From Chitinophagaceae bacterium (GTDB lineage: Bacteria > Bacteroidota > Bacteroidia > Chitinophagales > Chitinophagaceae): 64,000 nt of DNA. A program made the translations under genes and the position numbers. This document shows, in pieces, positions 10,031 through 21,116 of this stretch; the stretch's first letter is position 1, and every line of letters starts with the position of its first letter. A model generated the notes under the pieces. It made no database searches, was not told the DNA's origin, and saw only the letters and a list, made by a program, of their open reading frames with translations. The stretch covers positions 5,969-69,968 of the forward strand of contig JBGTNK010000025.1 of the NCBI GenBank assembly GCA_041743125.1. The letters run 5' to 3'.

Positions 10031-11647
10031 CTATCCTGTAAAACTGATCATTACAAATACCACAATGAAAATAACCGCCAGCGATAGAACTACATCCCAT
10101 ACACTATAACTTGCTTTGTTAGCTGCTTTCTGTTCATCAGTTAAAGTTCCATAGGTAAGTCCCATCACTTTTTCCGGTGACGGAGCCTTTGAAAGTAAAC
10201 TAACTGTTACACATAAGCCCACACAAAAGAGGAAAAACCAGGCAGCGAAAGTGAGAAAATTAGTTGTTGCAATGGTATGCCACAGACTTCCCGGCTCCAG
10301 GGAATTTCGACCTAATTCTAACCCTATTCTTAAGATGGCCACTAATAAACCGACGATCAAGGTGGTATTTGCTCCATTACTATTAATTCGTTTACTGAAA
10401 ATTCCGAGTAAGAAAACAGCTGTTATAGGAGGTGCGATGTATGATTGCACCGATTGCAAATATTCATACAATACACCGGAGATATTTTGCATAATCGGTA
10501 TCCATAGAATGCCCAGCACCACTACAACTGCAGTGGCCATACGCCCAATCTTTATTAATTTTTCTTCGGGATCCTGGGGCCGCAACTTCTTATAAATATC
10601 AACAGTGAATAAAGTAGAACAAGAATTAAAGACGGAGGCAAGGGAACTCATCAAAGCTGCGAGTAAGCCGGCCGCTACCAGGCCTCTTAAACCTGCCGGC
10701 ATTTTATTCATTAATAAAGATATAAATGCCTGGTCAGCTGTATCCCATTCCAATTCGCCTTTGTTTTTTAATGCAAGAGCAATAACACCCGGAATTAAAA
10801 AAAGAAAGATGGGTAATAATTTTAATAGTCCTCCAAAGATGGTACCTCTTCTACCTTCTTTAATATTTTTTGCTGCCAGCACTCTCTGCACGATGTATTG
10901 ATCGGTACACCAATACCAGGTACCTACAATAGAGCTGGTGATAACAAGCGGCAACCATGGAAAATCTGCATCGCTGTTGGGCCTCCACATATTCAAATAA
11001 CCAGGAGCGAGGTTAGCTTTTACCTCATCCCATCCCCCGGCAGCCTCAAGCCCCACAAAGGTTAATGTCAATGCTCCTAATACCAGAATGACTGTTTGGA
11101 TAGCTTCAGTATATGCCACAGCTCTCATTCCTCCTAATATAGTATAAGCGCCAGTGATCACTACAGTTACCAGGGCTCCGGTCCAAAAATCGATATGCAA
11201 TAAGGTTGAGATAACAATACCACCGGCATATACGGTTACGGATACTTTAGTCAGTATATAAGCCATCAATGAAAAAATGCTCAGGAACCAGCGGGTCCCT
11301 GAACTAAATCTTTTTTCTAAAAACTCAGGCATAGTGAATACGCCGCTTCTCAAATAAAATGGAAGAAAAACCCAACCCAAAGTAATAACAAGCCAGGCAT
11401 GTAACTCATAAATAAGTAAAGGCATTTTGCCTCCGGCCCCTGCTCCTGCCAGACCCACTACATGCTCAGAGCCTATATTGGAGGCAAAAATAGAAGCGCC
11501 TACTACAAACCAACCGAGGCTACGGCCTGCAAGAAAATAATCTTCTGTGTTTTTTTGTTTCCTTGTAACTACCCAAATGGCTACACCTATCAATATGGCA
11601 AAATAACCTGCTATTACTACCCAGTCAAGAGATGCAAATCGTTCCAT
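10031..11647 (-). CDS. Sodium:solute symporter (SSS, SGLT-like sugar transporter)
   Basis: Multi-TM protein with YFLAGRSLGW, ASNIGSEH, WYWCTDQYIVQR and LLAALMSSLASVFNS motifs. Confidence 0.9.
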   Translation of the reverse strand: MERFASLDWVVIAGYFAILIGVAIWVVTRKQKNTEDYFLAGRSLGWFVVGASIFASNIGSEHVVGLAGAGAGGKMPLLIYELHAWLVITLGWVFLPFYLRSGVFTMPEFLEKRFSSGTRWFLSIFSLMAYILTKVSVTVYAGGIVISTLLHIDFWTGALVTVVITGAYTILGGMRAVAYTEAIQTVILVLGALTLTFVGLEAAGGWDEVKANLAPGYLNMWRPNSDADFPWLPLVITSSIVGTWYWCTDQYIVQRVLAAKNIKEGRRGTIFGGLLKLLPIFLFLIPGVIALALKNKGELEWDTADQAFISLLMNKMPAGLRGLVAAGLLAALMSSLASVFNSCSTLFTVDIYKKLRPQDPEEKLIKIGRMATAVVVVLGILWIPIMQNISGVLYEYLQSVQSYIAPPITAVFLLGIFSKRINSNGANTTLIVGLLVAILRIGLELGRNSLEPGSLWHTIATTNFLTFAAWFFLFCVGLCVTVSLLSKAPSPEKVMGLTYGTLTDEQKAANKASYSVWDVVLSLAVIFIVVFVMISFTG

Positions 11648-11657
11648 GAATTTGTTT

Positions 11658-12986
11658 TTAGATATACCTGTTGATAATATTTTCCATATACTCCTGTTTG
11701 CCGCTTATGGTAGAAGGTTCTCCCTTTTCAACAGCATAATTTCTCAGATCTTCCAGTGATAATTTACCTTGTTCAAATTCTTTTCCTTTCCCGCTGTCGA
11801 AGGAAGAATAGCGATCGGTTCTGACTTTTTTGTAATCTGATTTTTGTAAGACTGAATCTGCAATGATCAGGGCCCTGGCGAATGTGTCCATACCTCCAAT
11901 ATGGGCATAAAAAAGATCGGTAGCATCCGTACTGTTCCTGCGGATCTTTGCATCAAAATTTATTCCTCCGCCCTGAAGGCCACCCGCTTCTAATACGACC
12001 AGCATGGCTTCTGCCAGTTCTGGTACATTGTTGGGAAACTGGTCAGTATCCCATCCATTCTGATAATCTCCGCGATTGGCATCCATGCTTCCCAGCATGC
12101 CGGTATCGGCAGCTACCTGCAACTCATGTTGAAAAGTATGGCCTGCCAGGGTAGCATGATTTACTTCTATATTCAACTTAAAATCATTCAGCAAATCATA
12201 TTGGCGAAGGAAACCGATCACCGTTTCGCTATCATAATCATATTGATGTTTGGATGGTTCACAAGGCTTAGGCTCAATAAAGAAAGTGCCTTTAAATCCA
12301 TTTTTTCTTGCATAATCTTTGGCAGTATGTAGGAATTTTGCGAGATGCTCTTTCTCTCTTTTCATATCCGTATTCAGCAGGGTCATATATCCTTCCCTTC
12401 CTCCCCAGAATACATAATTCTCTCCGCCCAAAGCAATAGTAGAGTCGAGTGCAGCTTTTACCTGGGCAGCTCCATGGGCAAGAACATGAAAATCAGGATT
12501 GGTTGCTGCGCCATTCATGTATCTTTTGTTTGAAAAAAGATTGGCGGTGCCCCAAAGCAATTTAACGCCACTTGCCTTTTGTTTCTCGCCGAGATAGGTG
12601 GTCATTGCCTGCAATCGTTTTTCATTATCCGCCACATCATTGGTATAATCCACCACATCCAGGTCATGAAAACAATAATATGGCAAACCCAATTTGGTAA
12701 TAAATTCAAATGCCGCATCCGCTTTGCTTTTTGCTCTTGTCATGGGGTCTACCTTTTCAAGCCAGGGAAAAAGATGCGTGGGTTCACCAAACGGATCAGC
12801 ACCACTTCCGCAGAAGCTATGCCAGTAGGCGCATGCAAAGCGCAACCACTCCTTCATACTTTTTCCTGCCACTTTTTTGTTTTCATCATACCACCGGTAA
12901 GCCAGAGGGTTGTCTGAATCCACTCCTTCATATTTGATTGGTGCTACGCCTTTAAAAAATTCCTTATCACCTGTTACGATATTCAT
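11658..12986 (-). CDS. xylA: Xylose isomerase (class II)
   Basis: Motifs [47 protein letters not shown]. Confidence 0.97.
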   Translation of the reverse strand: MNIVTGDKEFFKGVAPIKYEGVDSDNPLAYRWYDENKKVAGKSMKEWLRFACAYWHSFCGSGADPFGEPTHLFPWLEKVDPMTRAKSKADAAFEFITKLGLPYYCFHDLDVVDYTNDVADNEKRLQAMTTYLGEKQKASGVKLLWGTANLFSNKRYMNGAATNPDFHVLAHGAAQVKAALDSTIALGGENYVFWGGREGYMTLLNTDMKREKEHLAKFLHTAKDYARKNGFKGTFFIEPKPCEPSKHQYDYDSETVIGFLRQYDLLNDFKLNIEVNHATLAGHTFQHELQVAADTGMLGSMDANRGDYQNGWDTDQFPNNVPELAEAMLVVLEAGGLQGGGINFDAKIRRNSTDATDLFYAHIGGMDTFARALIIADSVLQKSDYKKVRTDRYSSFDSGKGKEFEQGKLSLEDLRNYAVEKGEPSTISGKQEYMENIINRYI

Positions 12987-12990
12987 GTTT

Positions 12991-14496
12991 TTATTGATTT
13001 AATTGGTTATTTAATTCAGATTTCCACTGCTCATAAAGATCATCGTAAACTTTTGAATTTTCCGGTTCAATTTTTCCGAGGGGTTTAAAGTTGTTGAATG
13101 CATCACTTGCTGAAGAATATATACCCGCTCCTAATCCTGCACCTATGGCAGCTCCGGCACTTCCATCTCCACCATAAAGCTCAACGGCAACGCCCGTTGT
13201 GTCAACAAAAGTTTGAGCAAACACTTCACTCAAAAACATATTATTCTTACCTGCACGAATGATAGTTGGATTAATTCCGTTCTGCCGCATAATATCCAGC
13301 CCATAACGGAAGGCAAAACAAATTCCCTCTTGCGCTGCCCGGTATAAATGGGCCGTGCTATGTATATTGAAGTTGATGTGATGGAAATGAGCATTTACTG
13401 TTTTATTATTCAACATTCTTTCAGCTCCATTGCCAAAAGGAAGTATTATAGCCCCTTCACTTCCTGCAGCCACAGAAGCCGCTGCCTCATTCATTTGTGG
13501 ATAATTCAATTTATCACCAGTAATGGTTTTTATCCACCTGTTCAATATCCCGGTACCATTAATATTGAGCAAAACTCCCAACCTCACTTCGCCATCGGCT
13601 TTCCCTGTAGAAGAAGGAGCTAAATAATTTACATGCGCAAATGTATTTACCCTTGAATCTTTATCGTAGGTCAACTGATCGCTTACGGCATAGATGACGC
13701 CACTGGTACCAGCCGTGGCTGCCACTTCACCTGGATTGAAGACGTTTAATGACAAAGCATTGTTAGGCTGGTCACCCGCTTTGTAAGTAACCGGTATGTT
13801 TACTTTTAATGATAATGAAGCGGCCACCTCAGATGTTAGCTTGCCATGGTCAGCAAAAACTTTTTGAATGGAAGGAATAAATGAAGTCTCCAACCCGTAA
13901 TGATCAAATACATCCGCAGATAATTCACTTTCTTTAAAATCCCAAAAAATTCCTTCAGATAAGGCTGAGACACTGGTGGTGATTTCGCCGGTCAATTTCA
14001 TGGCTATGAAATCACCCGGTAACATGATCTTATCTATCTTATTGTAAATCTCCGGTTCATTTTGCTTTACCCATGCCAGTTTAGAAGCTGTAAAGTTGCC
14101 GGGTGAATTGAGCAGGTGTGATAAACATTTTTCTCTCCCAATTTTTTCAAAAGCCTTTTCTCCATTCTCAACGGCACGGCTGTCACACCAGATAATGCTG
14201 TCACGCAAAACATTTCTATTCTTGTCCAGTACTACTAACCCATGCATCTGGTAAGCTATTCCAATAGCGGCAATATCTCCCGGATCGTATTTACGCTGGG
14301 CATGCAGTTTTAATATGGCTTGCTGTACATGCTCCCACCACATGTCAGGAGATTGTTCGGCCCATCCCGGTTGTAAGGCAATGATGCCAGATTCTGTTTC
14401 TGGATATTGGGCAGATCCTAAACATTGTTGTGACTGAGCTTCAATTACAGAAACTTTTACTGATGAAGTACCCAGATCAATTCCTAACAAAAGCAT
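12991..14496 (-). CDS. xylB: Xylulokinase (FGGY family)
   Basis: Motifs [27 protein letters not shown]. Lies 4 bp upstream of xylA. ATG at 14496 chosen as start. Confidence 0.92.
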   Translation of the reverse strand: MLLLGIDLGTSSVKVSVIEAQSQQCLGSAQYPETESGIIALQPGWAEQSPDMWWEHVQQAILKLHAQRKYDPGDIAAIGIAYQMHGLVVLDKNRNVLRDSIIWCDSRAVENGEKAFEKIGREKCLSHLLNSPGNFTASKLAWVKQNEPEIYNKIDKIMLPGDFIAMKLTGEITTSVSALSEGIFWDFKESELSADVFDHYGLETSFIPSIQKVFADHGKLTSEVAASLSLKVNIPVTYKAGDQPNNALSLNVFNPGEVAATAGTSGVIYAVSDQLTYDKDSRVNTFAHVNYLAPSSTGKADGEVRLGVLLNINGTGILNRWIKTITGDKLNYPQMNEAAASVAAGSEGAIILPFGNGAERMLNNKTVNAHFHHINFNIHSTAHLYRAAQEGICFAFRYGLDIMRQNGINPTIIRAGKNNMFLSEVFAQTFVDTTGVAVELYGGDGSAGAAIGAGLGAGIYSSASDAFNNFKPLGKIEPENSKVYDDLYEQWKSELNNQLNQ

Positions 14497-14530
14497 TGGA
14501 CACAAATTCGTTTACTATTGTCAATTAATA

Positions 14531-14564
14531 AAAAGAAAGAGAAGATAAATCATCTCTTTCTTTT
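14531..14564 (-). terminator. AU-rich stem-loop between susD and xylB (weak terminator or RNA processing site)
   Basis: AAAAGAAAGAGA (14531-14542), 10-nt loop, TCTCTTTCTTTT (14553-14564). Confidence 0.45.
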
Positions 14565-14593
14565 AATAAATTTTTTGTTTGTTGGTTCAATTT

Positions 14594-16408
14594 TTAATAG
14601 CCGGGGTTTTGCGGATAGGTCGGCCCTGTAGTTACAAGATTTATCTGGCTCTGGGGAATTGGCCGCAGCATATCCCTTGAAGGATTAAAATTGGCAATCG
14701 GGTTGTATGCAGCCAGCCGGGCAGGTAAAGCTTTGGTGCGTACAAGATCATACCACCGCATCCATTCACCAAATAATTCTCGTGTACGTTCATGCAAAAT
14801 AAAATCAAGTGTAACGTCTGCAGGAGTTATTTGCATAGCTGCTGCTGCCGCCGCATTTTGTGCAGCGTCGTTTGTTGTTCTGAATGCTCCCCGCCTGCGA
14901 ATAACATTGATCATGTCCGCAGCATTTGCGGTATTTCCGGCTTTGAAGGCTGCCTCTGCTGCTATCAGGTAAGTTTCTGCAAAGCGCATAAGAATAAAGG
15001 GACGGTCAGATGCATCATTCGTATGCAATTTTGTAACGTCATCATGTTTTTTCATGGGGGGAAAGAAGTTAACATCATATTGGTTGGGTAAAACGATAAC
15101 AGCTTTGGAAGTTCTTCTGTCGGCCTCCGTGATTGAAGTTGTGCCCCAAAGTTTAATGGCTGTGTCCACACCTTTTACCCAGGTATATTCTGCGGTGGGG
15201 CCCAATGGATTATTAAAGTCAGCGGCTCGTGTAACTTTAATGGTAACAGGTGCGCCACTGGTTAAGGGCCCGGGCCTGTTAAATATCCAAAAAGTTTGAA
15301 ATGTTTTTTCGTACCTGGAATCATTGTTTCTTTCCGCAAAGGCAACATCAAGCGCATAACTTGTAGGCCGGACGCGGCCAAATGGACGGCCATTTTGAAT
15401 GTCACGGTCGACCGGGTTTGCCTTTACTTCAGGTGCACCCGAAATACCCGCGTTAATGTCTGTATTAAATATGGGATAGTTGGGTCGTTGATAGAAAAGT
15501 GAACCATTAAATTTTCCACCAGGATTTCCTGTACCAAATCCTGTTGTTTCTGCTCCCTTAGGATCCGAATTTCTGTCTACAACAAAGAGTATTTCTCTTC
15601 CGTATTCATTTCCTTCCTTGAAAACGTCTGAAAAGTCCTGCCAGAGATCGAGAGTTCCATTACCATTGCCATATAAGCCCTTGTTATTAATTAAAGAAAT
15701 GGCAGAATCATAGGCTATATTAAAATCATTGGGTTTAGCTGCAGCAGACCAGCCCCTGGTAAGATAAACTTTAGCCAGAAGATGTTTAGCTACCCCCTGT
15801 GAAGCTCTACCAGGAGTAGGATTTGCTTTTAATGGTAGGTCAACAATTGCTTCAGTGAGGTCTTTAATTATTAAATCATAAACGGCAGCTATAGGTTCAC
15901 GGGTAGCAGCAGTTGTGGGGCCTGAAGCAAATTTTGTACTGATGCTTACATCACCAAAAGTTTGCACCAGCATAAAATAAAAATAGGCTCTTAAAAATTT
16001 TGCTTCTCCCGTTAACTTTTGAAGCTCGGAAGCAGATAAACCTGCCTGCGGTGCAAATTCAAGCACACCGTTCAAACTATTAATGGATCTGTAGGACCAA
16101 TCCCATATGGATTGAACAGCTCCGTCACCTGTTTGAATAGTGTAGGTATGAAAATTTCCGCTGGTTCCAAATCCGGAAATATGCTCATCCGTACCTATCA
16201 TGGTATTATAACACATACCCTCCTGGCAATACCAGTTACGAATATTTGAATAAGCACCAACCACAGCGGCATCCACTCCACCCAGTGTATTAAAGTAATC
16301 AGGCAGTATACCTGACCTGTTCTGTTCATCAAGAATCTTTTTACATCCTGGTGTAATAACCAACAGGCTGATTAAAATGATCCCTGTTATTTTACTCAAA
16401 ACTTTCAT
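14594..16408 (-). CDS. susD: RagB/SusD family glycan-binding lipoprotein
   Basis: Lipobox TPGC; GEAKFLRAYFYF, LMRFAETYLIAAEA, ERTRELFGEWMRWYDLVR, C-terminal QNPGY. Confidence 0.93.
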   Translation of the reverse strand: MKVLSKITGIILISLLVITPGCKKILDEQNRSGILPDYFNTLGGVDAAVVGAYSNIRNWYCQEGMCYNTMIGTDEHISGFGTSGNFHTYTIQTGDGAVQSIWDWSYRSINSLNGVLEFAPQAGLSASELQKLTGEAKFLRAYFYFMLVQTFGDVSISTKFASGPTTAATREPIAAVYDLIIKDLTEAIVDLPLKANPTPGRASQGVAKHLLAKVYLTRGWSAAAKPNDFNIAYDSAISLINNKGLYGNGNGTLDLWQDFSDVFKEGNEYGREILFVVDRNSDPKGAETTGFGTGNPGGKFNGSLFYQRPNYPIFNTDINAGISGAPEVKANPVDRDIQNGRPFGRVRPTSYALDVAFAERNNDSRYEKTFQTFWIFNRPGPLTSGAPVTIKVTRAADFNNPLGPTAEYTWVKGVDTAIKLWGTTSITEADRRTSKAVIVLPNQYDVNFFPPMKKHDDVTKLHTNDASDRPFILMRFAETYLIAAEAAFKAGNTANAADMINVIRRRGAFRTTNDAAQNAAAAAAMQITPADVTLDFILHERTRELFGEWMRWYDLVRTKALPARLAAYNPIANFNPSRDMLRPIPQSQINLVTTGPTYPQNPGY

Positions 16409-16426
16409 AAATTAATTTTTTAAGTA

Positions 16427-19400
16427 TTATAATTTCAAATTAATACCGAAAGTAAACTCCCGGGTTGAGGGTGTATTAATACCGAGGGTAATGGACCGGT
16501 TAGGTGCTGCCGCACTGCTGCCCCCTTGTGGCGTCAGTACTCCCGGGTTACCGGTGCTTCCTGTACCCGTGCCTTCAGGATCGATCGCATATCCATCTCT
16601 TACCATGGGAGAATATACAATGAAAGGATTGGAAACAGAGGCGAATACTCTTGCTGAACTAATGCCCGCCTTAGACAAAAGTTTTGCAGGAAATGTATAA
16701 CCCAGGTTAATGCTTCTAACCCTTATGAAGGTACCATCGAAATAACCCAGGGTAGATGCGTAATTATCATTAAGCGCCTGCCCTTCCGGATGAGGAAAAT
16801 CATTGGTTGGATTATTCGCCGTCCAATAATCTACTTTCCATTGATTGACCCTTGCCTGGTGCAGGAAAGAGTATCCCCCGGCTCCTCCATTATTTGATTG
16901 GAAATAGGTAGCAATGGCGGTGCCACCCCAGCGGCCAAAAGCTACTACAGACAGATCAACATTTTTATATGCAAACCGGTTGGTGATCCCTCCGATCCAA
17001 TCTGGTTGTGCACTTCCGATTATCTGCATATCTTCAGCGTTGATTTTTTTATCGTTGTTTACATCTTCAACCCTAATACGACCAGCAGCCTGTGGCGCTC
17101 CAAAAAGAGCGATCTCTGACGCATCTTTTGTTTGCCAGATTCCAATTTTCTTGAAGTCATAAATAACGGTCAGCGGATGACCTACAAACCAGCCATTACC
17201 GATATCACGAAGTTTTCCGGGCTCTTCAAGTGCGGTGATCTTTTCCCTGTTTAAGCTCCAGTTAATGTCGGTTGACCATCTGAATCCGTTTTTGGTATCT
17301 ACATTGACAGAGCTTAAAACTATTTCAACACCCTTACTGCTTGTTTGGGCTGCATTCGTCACAATGGAATTTGCTCCATTGCTAATGGGCAGGGATTTGG
17401 CAACCAAAATATCTTTTGTATCGGCATCATAAATATCGATGGAAGCAGTGATCCGGTTTTTGAAAAGTCCAAAGTCAAGGCCATAATTTGTTGACGTCGT
17501 TTTTTCCCATTCCAGGGCAGGATTAGGCAGGCTGTTTACAAAATATCCGGTAGTAGTAGAACCTCCAAAATTATAGTTTACACCGGTAAGGCCCCCCAAT
17601 GTTGTGTAAGGATCAACCGCCTGGTTAGATGATTTACCCCAACCCACTCTCAATTTTAAAACAGAAAGCCAGGATACATTTTGAAGAAATGATTCTTCAT
17701 GTGCGTTCCAGCTTGCTGCAAGGGCCGGGTAGTTAAACCATTTGTTACCTTCTGAAAGACGTGAAGAACCATCTCTTCGGAAAGTGGCCGTCAGATTATA
17801 TCTTTCATTAAAAGTATAATTCAAGCGGCCCATATAGGATAATAAACCGCTTTTTGCATAATTATTTCCACCATTATTCGCTGTTATCTGGCTTACCAAT
17901 GTAGTAAAATTGGTATTCTGAACATAATCGGCAGGAATACCAGTACCGCTAAACGTTGAATTTTTTGATTCGTCTTCCTGAATTTCGTAAACTGCGGTTA
18001 CACTTACTCTGTGTTTTTCTGCAAAAATTTTATCATAGGATAATTGGTGATAAATATTATAGTACCATGCTTCGCCATTGCTAATTAATGCTGTATTTGA
18101 AAGAAAGGGGGTACTTGAACTTCCGGTGAGTATTGTATTTGCACCGCGATATTGGTTATAATTATCCTGGCGCATATCCAATAATACGTTTAACCTGTAT
18201 TTCAAACCCTCTATGATTTCCAATTCACCAAACAAAGTATTGTAGGTCCTTAACCTGCGTCTTCTGTCAAGAACGGCATTTTCCTTTGTCAGTGTTAATG
18301 GATTCAGACGAAAGCCTACATCCTGGTGACCAACCATCGGCTGAACATTGATAGAGCCATCGGGGTTATAAGCTGAAACAAGTGGACTTAATGCTAATGT
18401 ATTATATAAAGGATTTACACCATCACCATCTGTATAACTCACCGTATTCATTGTATTTAGTCCGATCCTTATTCTTTTTCCAATTTTCTGTTCAATAGTT
18501 GCCCTGAGAGCAAATCTTTTAAAGCCAACGAGAGGAATAACACCTTCTTGCTGAAGGTAGCTTGCACCCATTCCAAATTGTGTACTTTCAGTTCCGCCCG
18601 TAAGACTGAGATCATGAGAGGTCAAAAAGCCTTTTTTATAAAGGTATTTTTGCCAGTCGGTATTGGTACCTGCTGCTTTACCTTCCAGTTCTGCTGGTGA
18701 AAATACAGCTGGTGCAGTAGCATTGGGAGCGCCATATCTTGACTCAGCTTTGAAATTATAATAATCTTCCGCTTCAAACACAGGGAATTGATCCAAAATT
18801 TCACTCCATCCGGTAAAAGTGTTATAGCTTATTACCGGCTTTCCAATTCTTCCTTTTTTTGTTGTTATGATGATTACACCATTGGATCCACGAGACCCAT
18901 AGATGGCTGTAGCTGATGCATCTTTTAATATATCAATGTTGGCAATATCGTCAATATTCAAATCATTGATACTTCCAAAATATGGGAATCCATCTACCAC
19001 AATCAACGGGTCATTGTTACCTGTTAAACTACGGTTACCTCTAATCCGGATCTGGCCACTTGATCCAGGTCTTACTCCTGTTCTGGCTATATCCACACCT
19101 GCCGCACGACCCTGCAATGCCATCGTCAGATTAATTGCCGGCACTTCATCCAAAGTCTTTTCACTTACAGAAACAACTGATCCTGTTATATCTTTTTTTC
19201 GTTGAGTTCCGTAACCAACAACAATCACCTCACCCAGGCTAGCGGTAGCAGAAGTAAGTTTTACATTTATGGTTGAGTTGCTACCAACATTTATTTCCTG
19301 CTCAGTATGACCCACACTTGAGAAAATTAATGTATTACCTCTTGCGGCTTCTATAGCAAAATTTCCTGCATTATCCGTTGTAGCCCCCGTGGTTGTTCCT

Positions 19401-19594
19401 TTCACAAGAACAGAAACGCCGGGAATACCATCCCCAGCATCGTTGGTAACCCGTCCTCGAATAGTATTCTGGGCATATACCAGGGTGGAAGAAAGAACCA
19501 GCATTGAAAAAAGTACAAAAGACAAAAACCTTTGTAGTACCTGATTCCGTAAAGACGGAAGCTCTTGCAAATTTCGTTTGGTTGAAATTTTCAT
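16427..19594 (-). CDS. susC: SusC/RagA TonB-dependent outer-membrane transporter
   Basis: N-terminal CarboxypepD-like domain, VVVGYGTQ, DPLIVVDG, ILKDASATAIYGSRGSNGVIIITTKKG; C-terminal GINLKL. Confidence 0.95.
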   Translation of the reverse strand: MKISTKRNLQELPSLRNQVLQRFLSFVLFSMLVLSSTLVYAQNTIRGRVTNDAGDGIPGVSVLVKGTTTGATTDNAGNFAIEAARGNTLIFSSVGHTEQEINVGSNSTINVKLTSATASLGEVIVVGYGTQRKKDITGSVVSVSEKTLDEVPAINLTMALQGRAAGVDIARTGVRPGSSGQIRIRGNRSLTGNNDPLIVVDGFPYFGSINDLNIDDIANIDILKDASATAIYGSRGSNGVIIITTKKGRIGKPVISYNTFTGWSEILDQFPVFEAEDYYNFKAESRYGAPNATAPAVFSPAELEGKAAGTNTDWQKYLYKKGFLTSHDLSLTGGTESTQFGMGASYLQQEGVIPLVGFKRFALRATIEQKIGKRIRIGLNTMNTVSYTDGDGVNPLYNTLALSPLVSAYNPDGSINVQPMVGHQDVGFRLNPLTLTKENAVLDRRRRLRTYNTLFGELEIIEGLKYRLNVLLDMRQDNYNQYRGANTILTGSSSTPFLSNTALISNGEAWYYNIYHQLSYDKIFAEKHRVSVTAVYEIQEDESKNSTFSGTGIPADYVQNTNFTTLVSQITANNGGNNYAKSGLLSYMGRLNYTFNERYNLTATFRRDGSSRLSEGNKWFNYPALAASWNAHEESFLQNVSWLSVLKLRVGWGKSSNQAVDPYTTLGGLTGVNYNFGGSTTTGYFVNSLPNPALEWEKTTSTNYGLDFGLFKNRITASIDIYDADTKDILVAKSLPISNGANSIVTNAAQTSSKGVEIVLSSVNVDTKNGFRWSTDINWSLNREKITALEEPGKLRDIGNGWFVGHPLTVIYDFKKIGIWQTKDASEIALFGAPQAAGRIRVEDVNNDKKINAEDMQIIGSAQPDWIGGITNRFAYKNVDLSVVAFGRWGGTAIATYFQSNNGGAGGYSFLHQARVNQWKVDYWTANNPTNDFPHPEGQALNDNYASTLGYFDGTFIRVRSINLGYTFPAKLLSKAGISSARVFASVSNPFIVYSPMVRDGYAIDPEGTGTGSTGNPGVLTPQGGSSAAAPNRSITLGINTPSTREFTFGINLKL

Positions 19595-19947
19595 AAACAG
19601 CAGTTTTAATTTTTTAATTTAATAGCAGTCGGCCATCCTTTCCAATCAAAAGAATAAGCCTGTTTTTTCAGGGAGTACGTAAGGTTATCGTTATTACATT
19701 TCAGGATCCACCTAACATTCAGTTGAACATAAACGATCCGGAACGTTTGTTCCAGATAAAAACTTTACTCCTTGAATATTTATGAACCAATTTCCGGTTG
19801 TGCTGTAATAGAAGAAGAAAAAATTGTAGAAATAGGTTGAATGAGTATAAGTCGGTATCCTTATAACATTTACCCAGCAAGGAGTTCACCTGTATTAAAT
19901 AATCTGATCTTTTCATTACGGCAAGTATATAAATACGTTTGGCGATT

Positions 19948-19955
19948 CGAATGTA
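19948..19955 (-). promoter_or_regulatory. Candidate Bacteroidota -7 promoter box for susC
   Basis: Minus strand TACATTCG, a TAnnTTCG variant of TAnnTTTG. A TTGC lies 20 nt upstream, inside the LacI operator. Confidence 0.45.
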
Positions 19956-19973
19956 AAGAGATTTATTTAAAAA

Positions 19974-19989
19974 ATGCAACCGATTGCAA
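19974..19989. promoter_or_regulatory. LacI-family operator, copy 1
   Basis: ATGCAACCGATTGCAA, a near-palindrome with central CG, between divergent susC and lacI-1. Identical to 21100-21115. Confidence 0.8.
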
Positions 19990-20038
19990 TTTTTTTTAAA
20001 AAAAAACTGGCTTATTTTTATTTCAACTCATATTTTGA

Positions 20039-21076
20039 ATGGCAGAGAATAAGGAAATAACCATTTATGACATTGCAGAATACCTTGATATTTCAGCCAC
20101 AACTGTAAGCCGGGGATTAAAGGATCATCCTTCTATAAATAAGCATACAAGAAAAAAAGTGGTTGAGGCGGCAAAATACCTGGGATACAGGTCTAACACA
20201 TTTGCCAGTAGCCTGCGAAGCAAAAAAACACATACCATCGGAGTAATAGTGCCCAGGCTAAACAGTTATTTTATGTCATCTGTACTGGCGGGTATGGAAG
20301 ATGCAGCCAGTAAAGAAAACTACAATCTTATTATCAGCCAGTCGCTGGAAAGCGAAGGCAAGGAAATTGCCAATGCGCATACCATGTATAATAAAAGAGT
20401 GGATGGATTGTTGGTTTCACTGGCATATGATACCAAAAAAATTGACCATTTTACTCCATTTTTTAAAAAGGGAATACCTGTTGTTTTCTTTGACCGGATA
20501 TATCCCCATATTGACAGCACCAGCATTGTAATAGACAATTATAATGCGGCCTATGAGATTACCAAACATTTGATAGAACAGGGTTGCAAACGGATCATGC
20601 ACCTGGGCGGGAATTTATTGAGAAATGTATACTCCGACAGGCTGAGAGGTTACAGGCAGGCTTTAGCGGACCATAATATACCTGCAGATGAAAGCAATCT
20701 CGTTTTCATAAGTAAGTTGAATGAAGAAGCAGGCTCAAAGGCCGCTGAATATATTTTAAAAATGGAAAACAAACCCGATGCGGTTTTTGCAGCCAACGAT
20801 ACGGCGGCTGTTTATTGCATTATGAAACTAAAAGAAGCGGGTATTTCGATACCTGATGATATAGCTTTTGCAGGTTTTAATAATGACCCGATCAGTAAGA
20901 TCATTGAACCCAATCTAACAACCATAAATTATTCGGGATATGATATAGGTGAGGCTGCGGTTACCAGCATGATAAATCACCTGAACGGTATATCAAATAT
21001 CAAAACGACCAATACCGTCATTTTACGATCCGATCTAATAATCAGGGCATCCTCCCTAAAAAACAAAAACTTATAG
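20039..21076 (+). CDS. LacI family transcriptional regulator (copy 1)
   Basis: HTH ITIYDIAEYLDISATTVSRGL, then YRSNTFASSLR hinge and a periplasmic-binding-protein-like sensor domain; 345 aa. Confidence 0.95.
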   Translation: MAENKEITIYDIAEYLDISATTVSRGLKDHPSINKHTRKKVVEAAKYLGYRSNTFASSLRSKKTHTIGVIVPRLNSYFMSSVLAGMEDAASKENYNLIISQSLESEGKEIANAHTMYNKRVDGLLVSLAYDTKKIDHFTPFFKKGIPVVFFDRIYPHIDSTSIVIDNYNAAYEITKHLIEQGCKRIMHLGGNLLRNVYSDRLRGYRQALADHNIPADESNLVFISKLNEEAGSKAAEYILKMENKPDAVFAANDTAAVYCIMKLKEAGISIPDDIAFAGFNNDPISKIIEPNLTTINYSGYDIGEAAVTSMINHLNGISNIKTTNTVILRSDLIIRASSLKNKNL

Positions 21077-21099
21077 TTTAATTTTTTTTTGCGATTTTT

Positions 21100-21115
21100 A
21101 TGCAACCGATTGCAA
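21100..21115. promoter_or_regulatory. LacI-family operator, copy 2
   Basis: ATGCAACCGATTGCAA, ending 1 nt before the ATG of lacI-2 (21117). Confidence 0.8.
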
Positions 21116-21116
21116 C

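Noticed and set aside
10445-10459. TTGCACCGATTGCAA, resembling the LacI operator
   Set aside because: One base is missing, which changes half-site spacing, and it lies mid-gene where it encodes LQSVQ of the symporter; probably chance.
19990-20006. T8-A9 homopolymer next to operator 1 (and T9 at 21082-21090) as a phase-variation switch
   Set aside because: Runs of this length are common in AT-rich intergenic DNA here, and I cannot show they lie within a promoter spacer.
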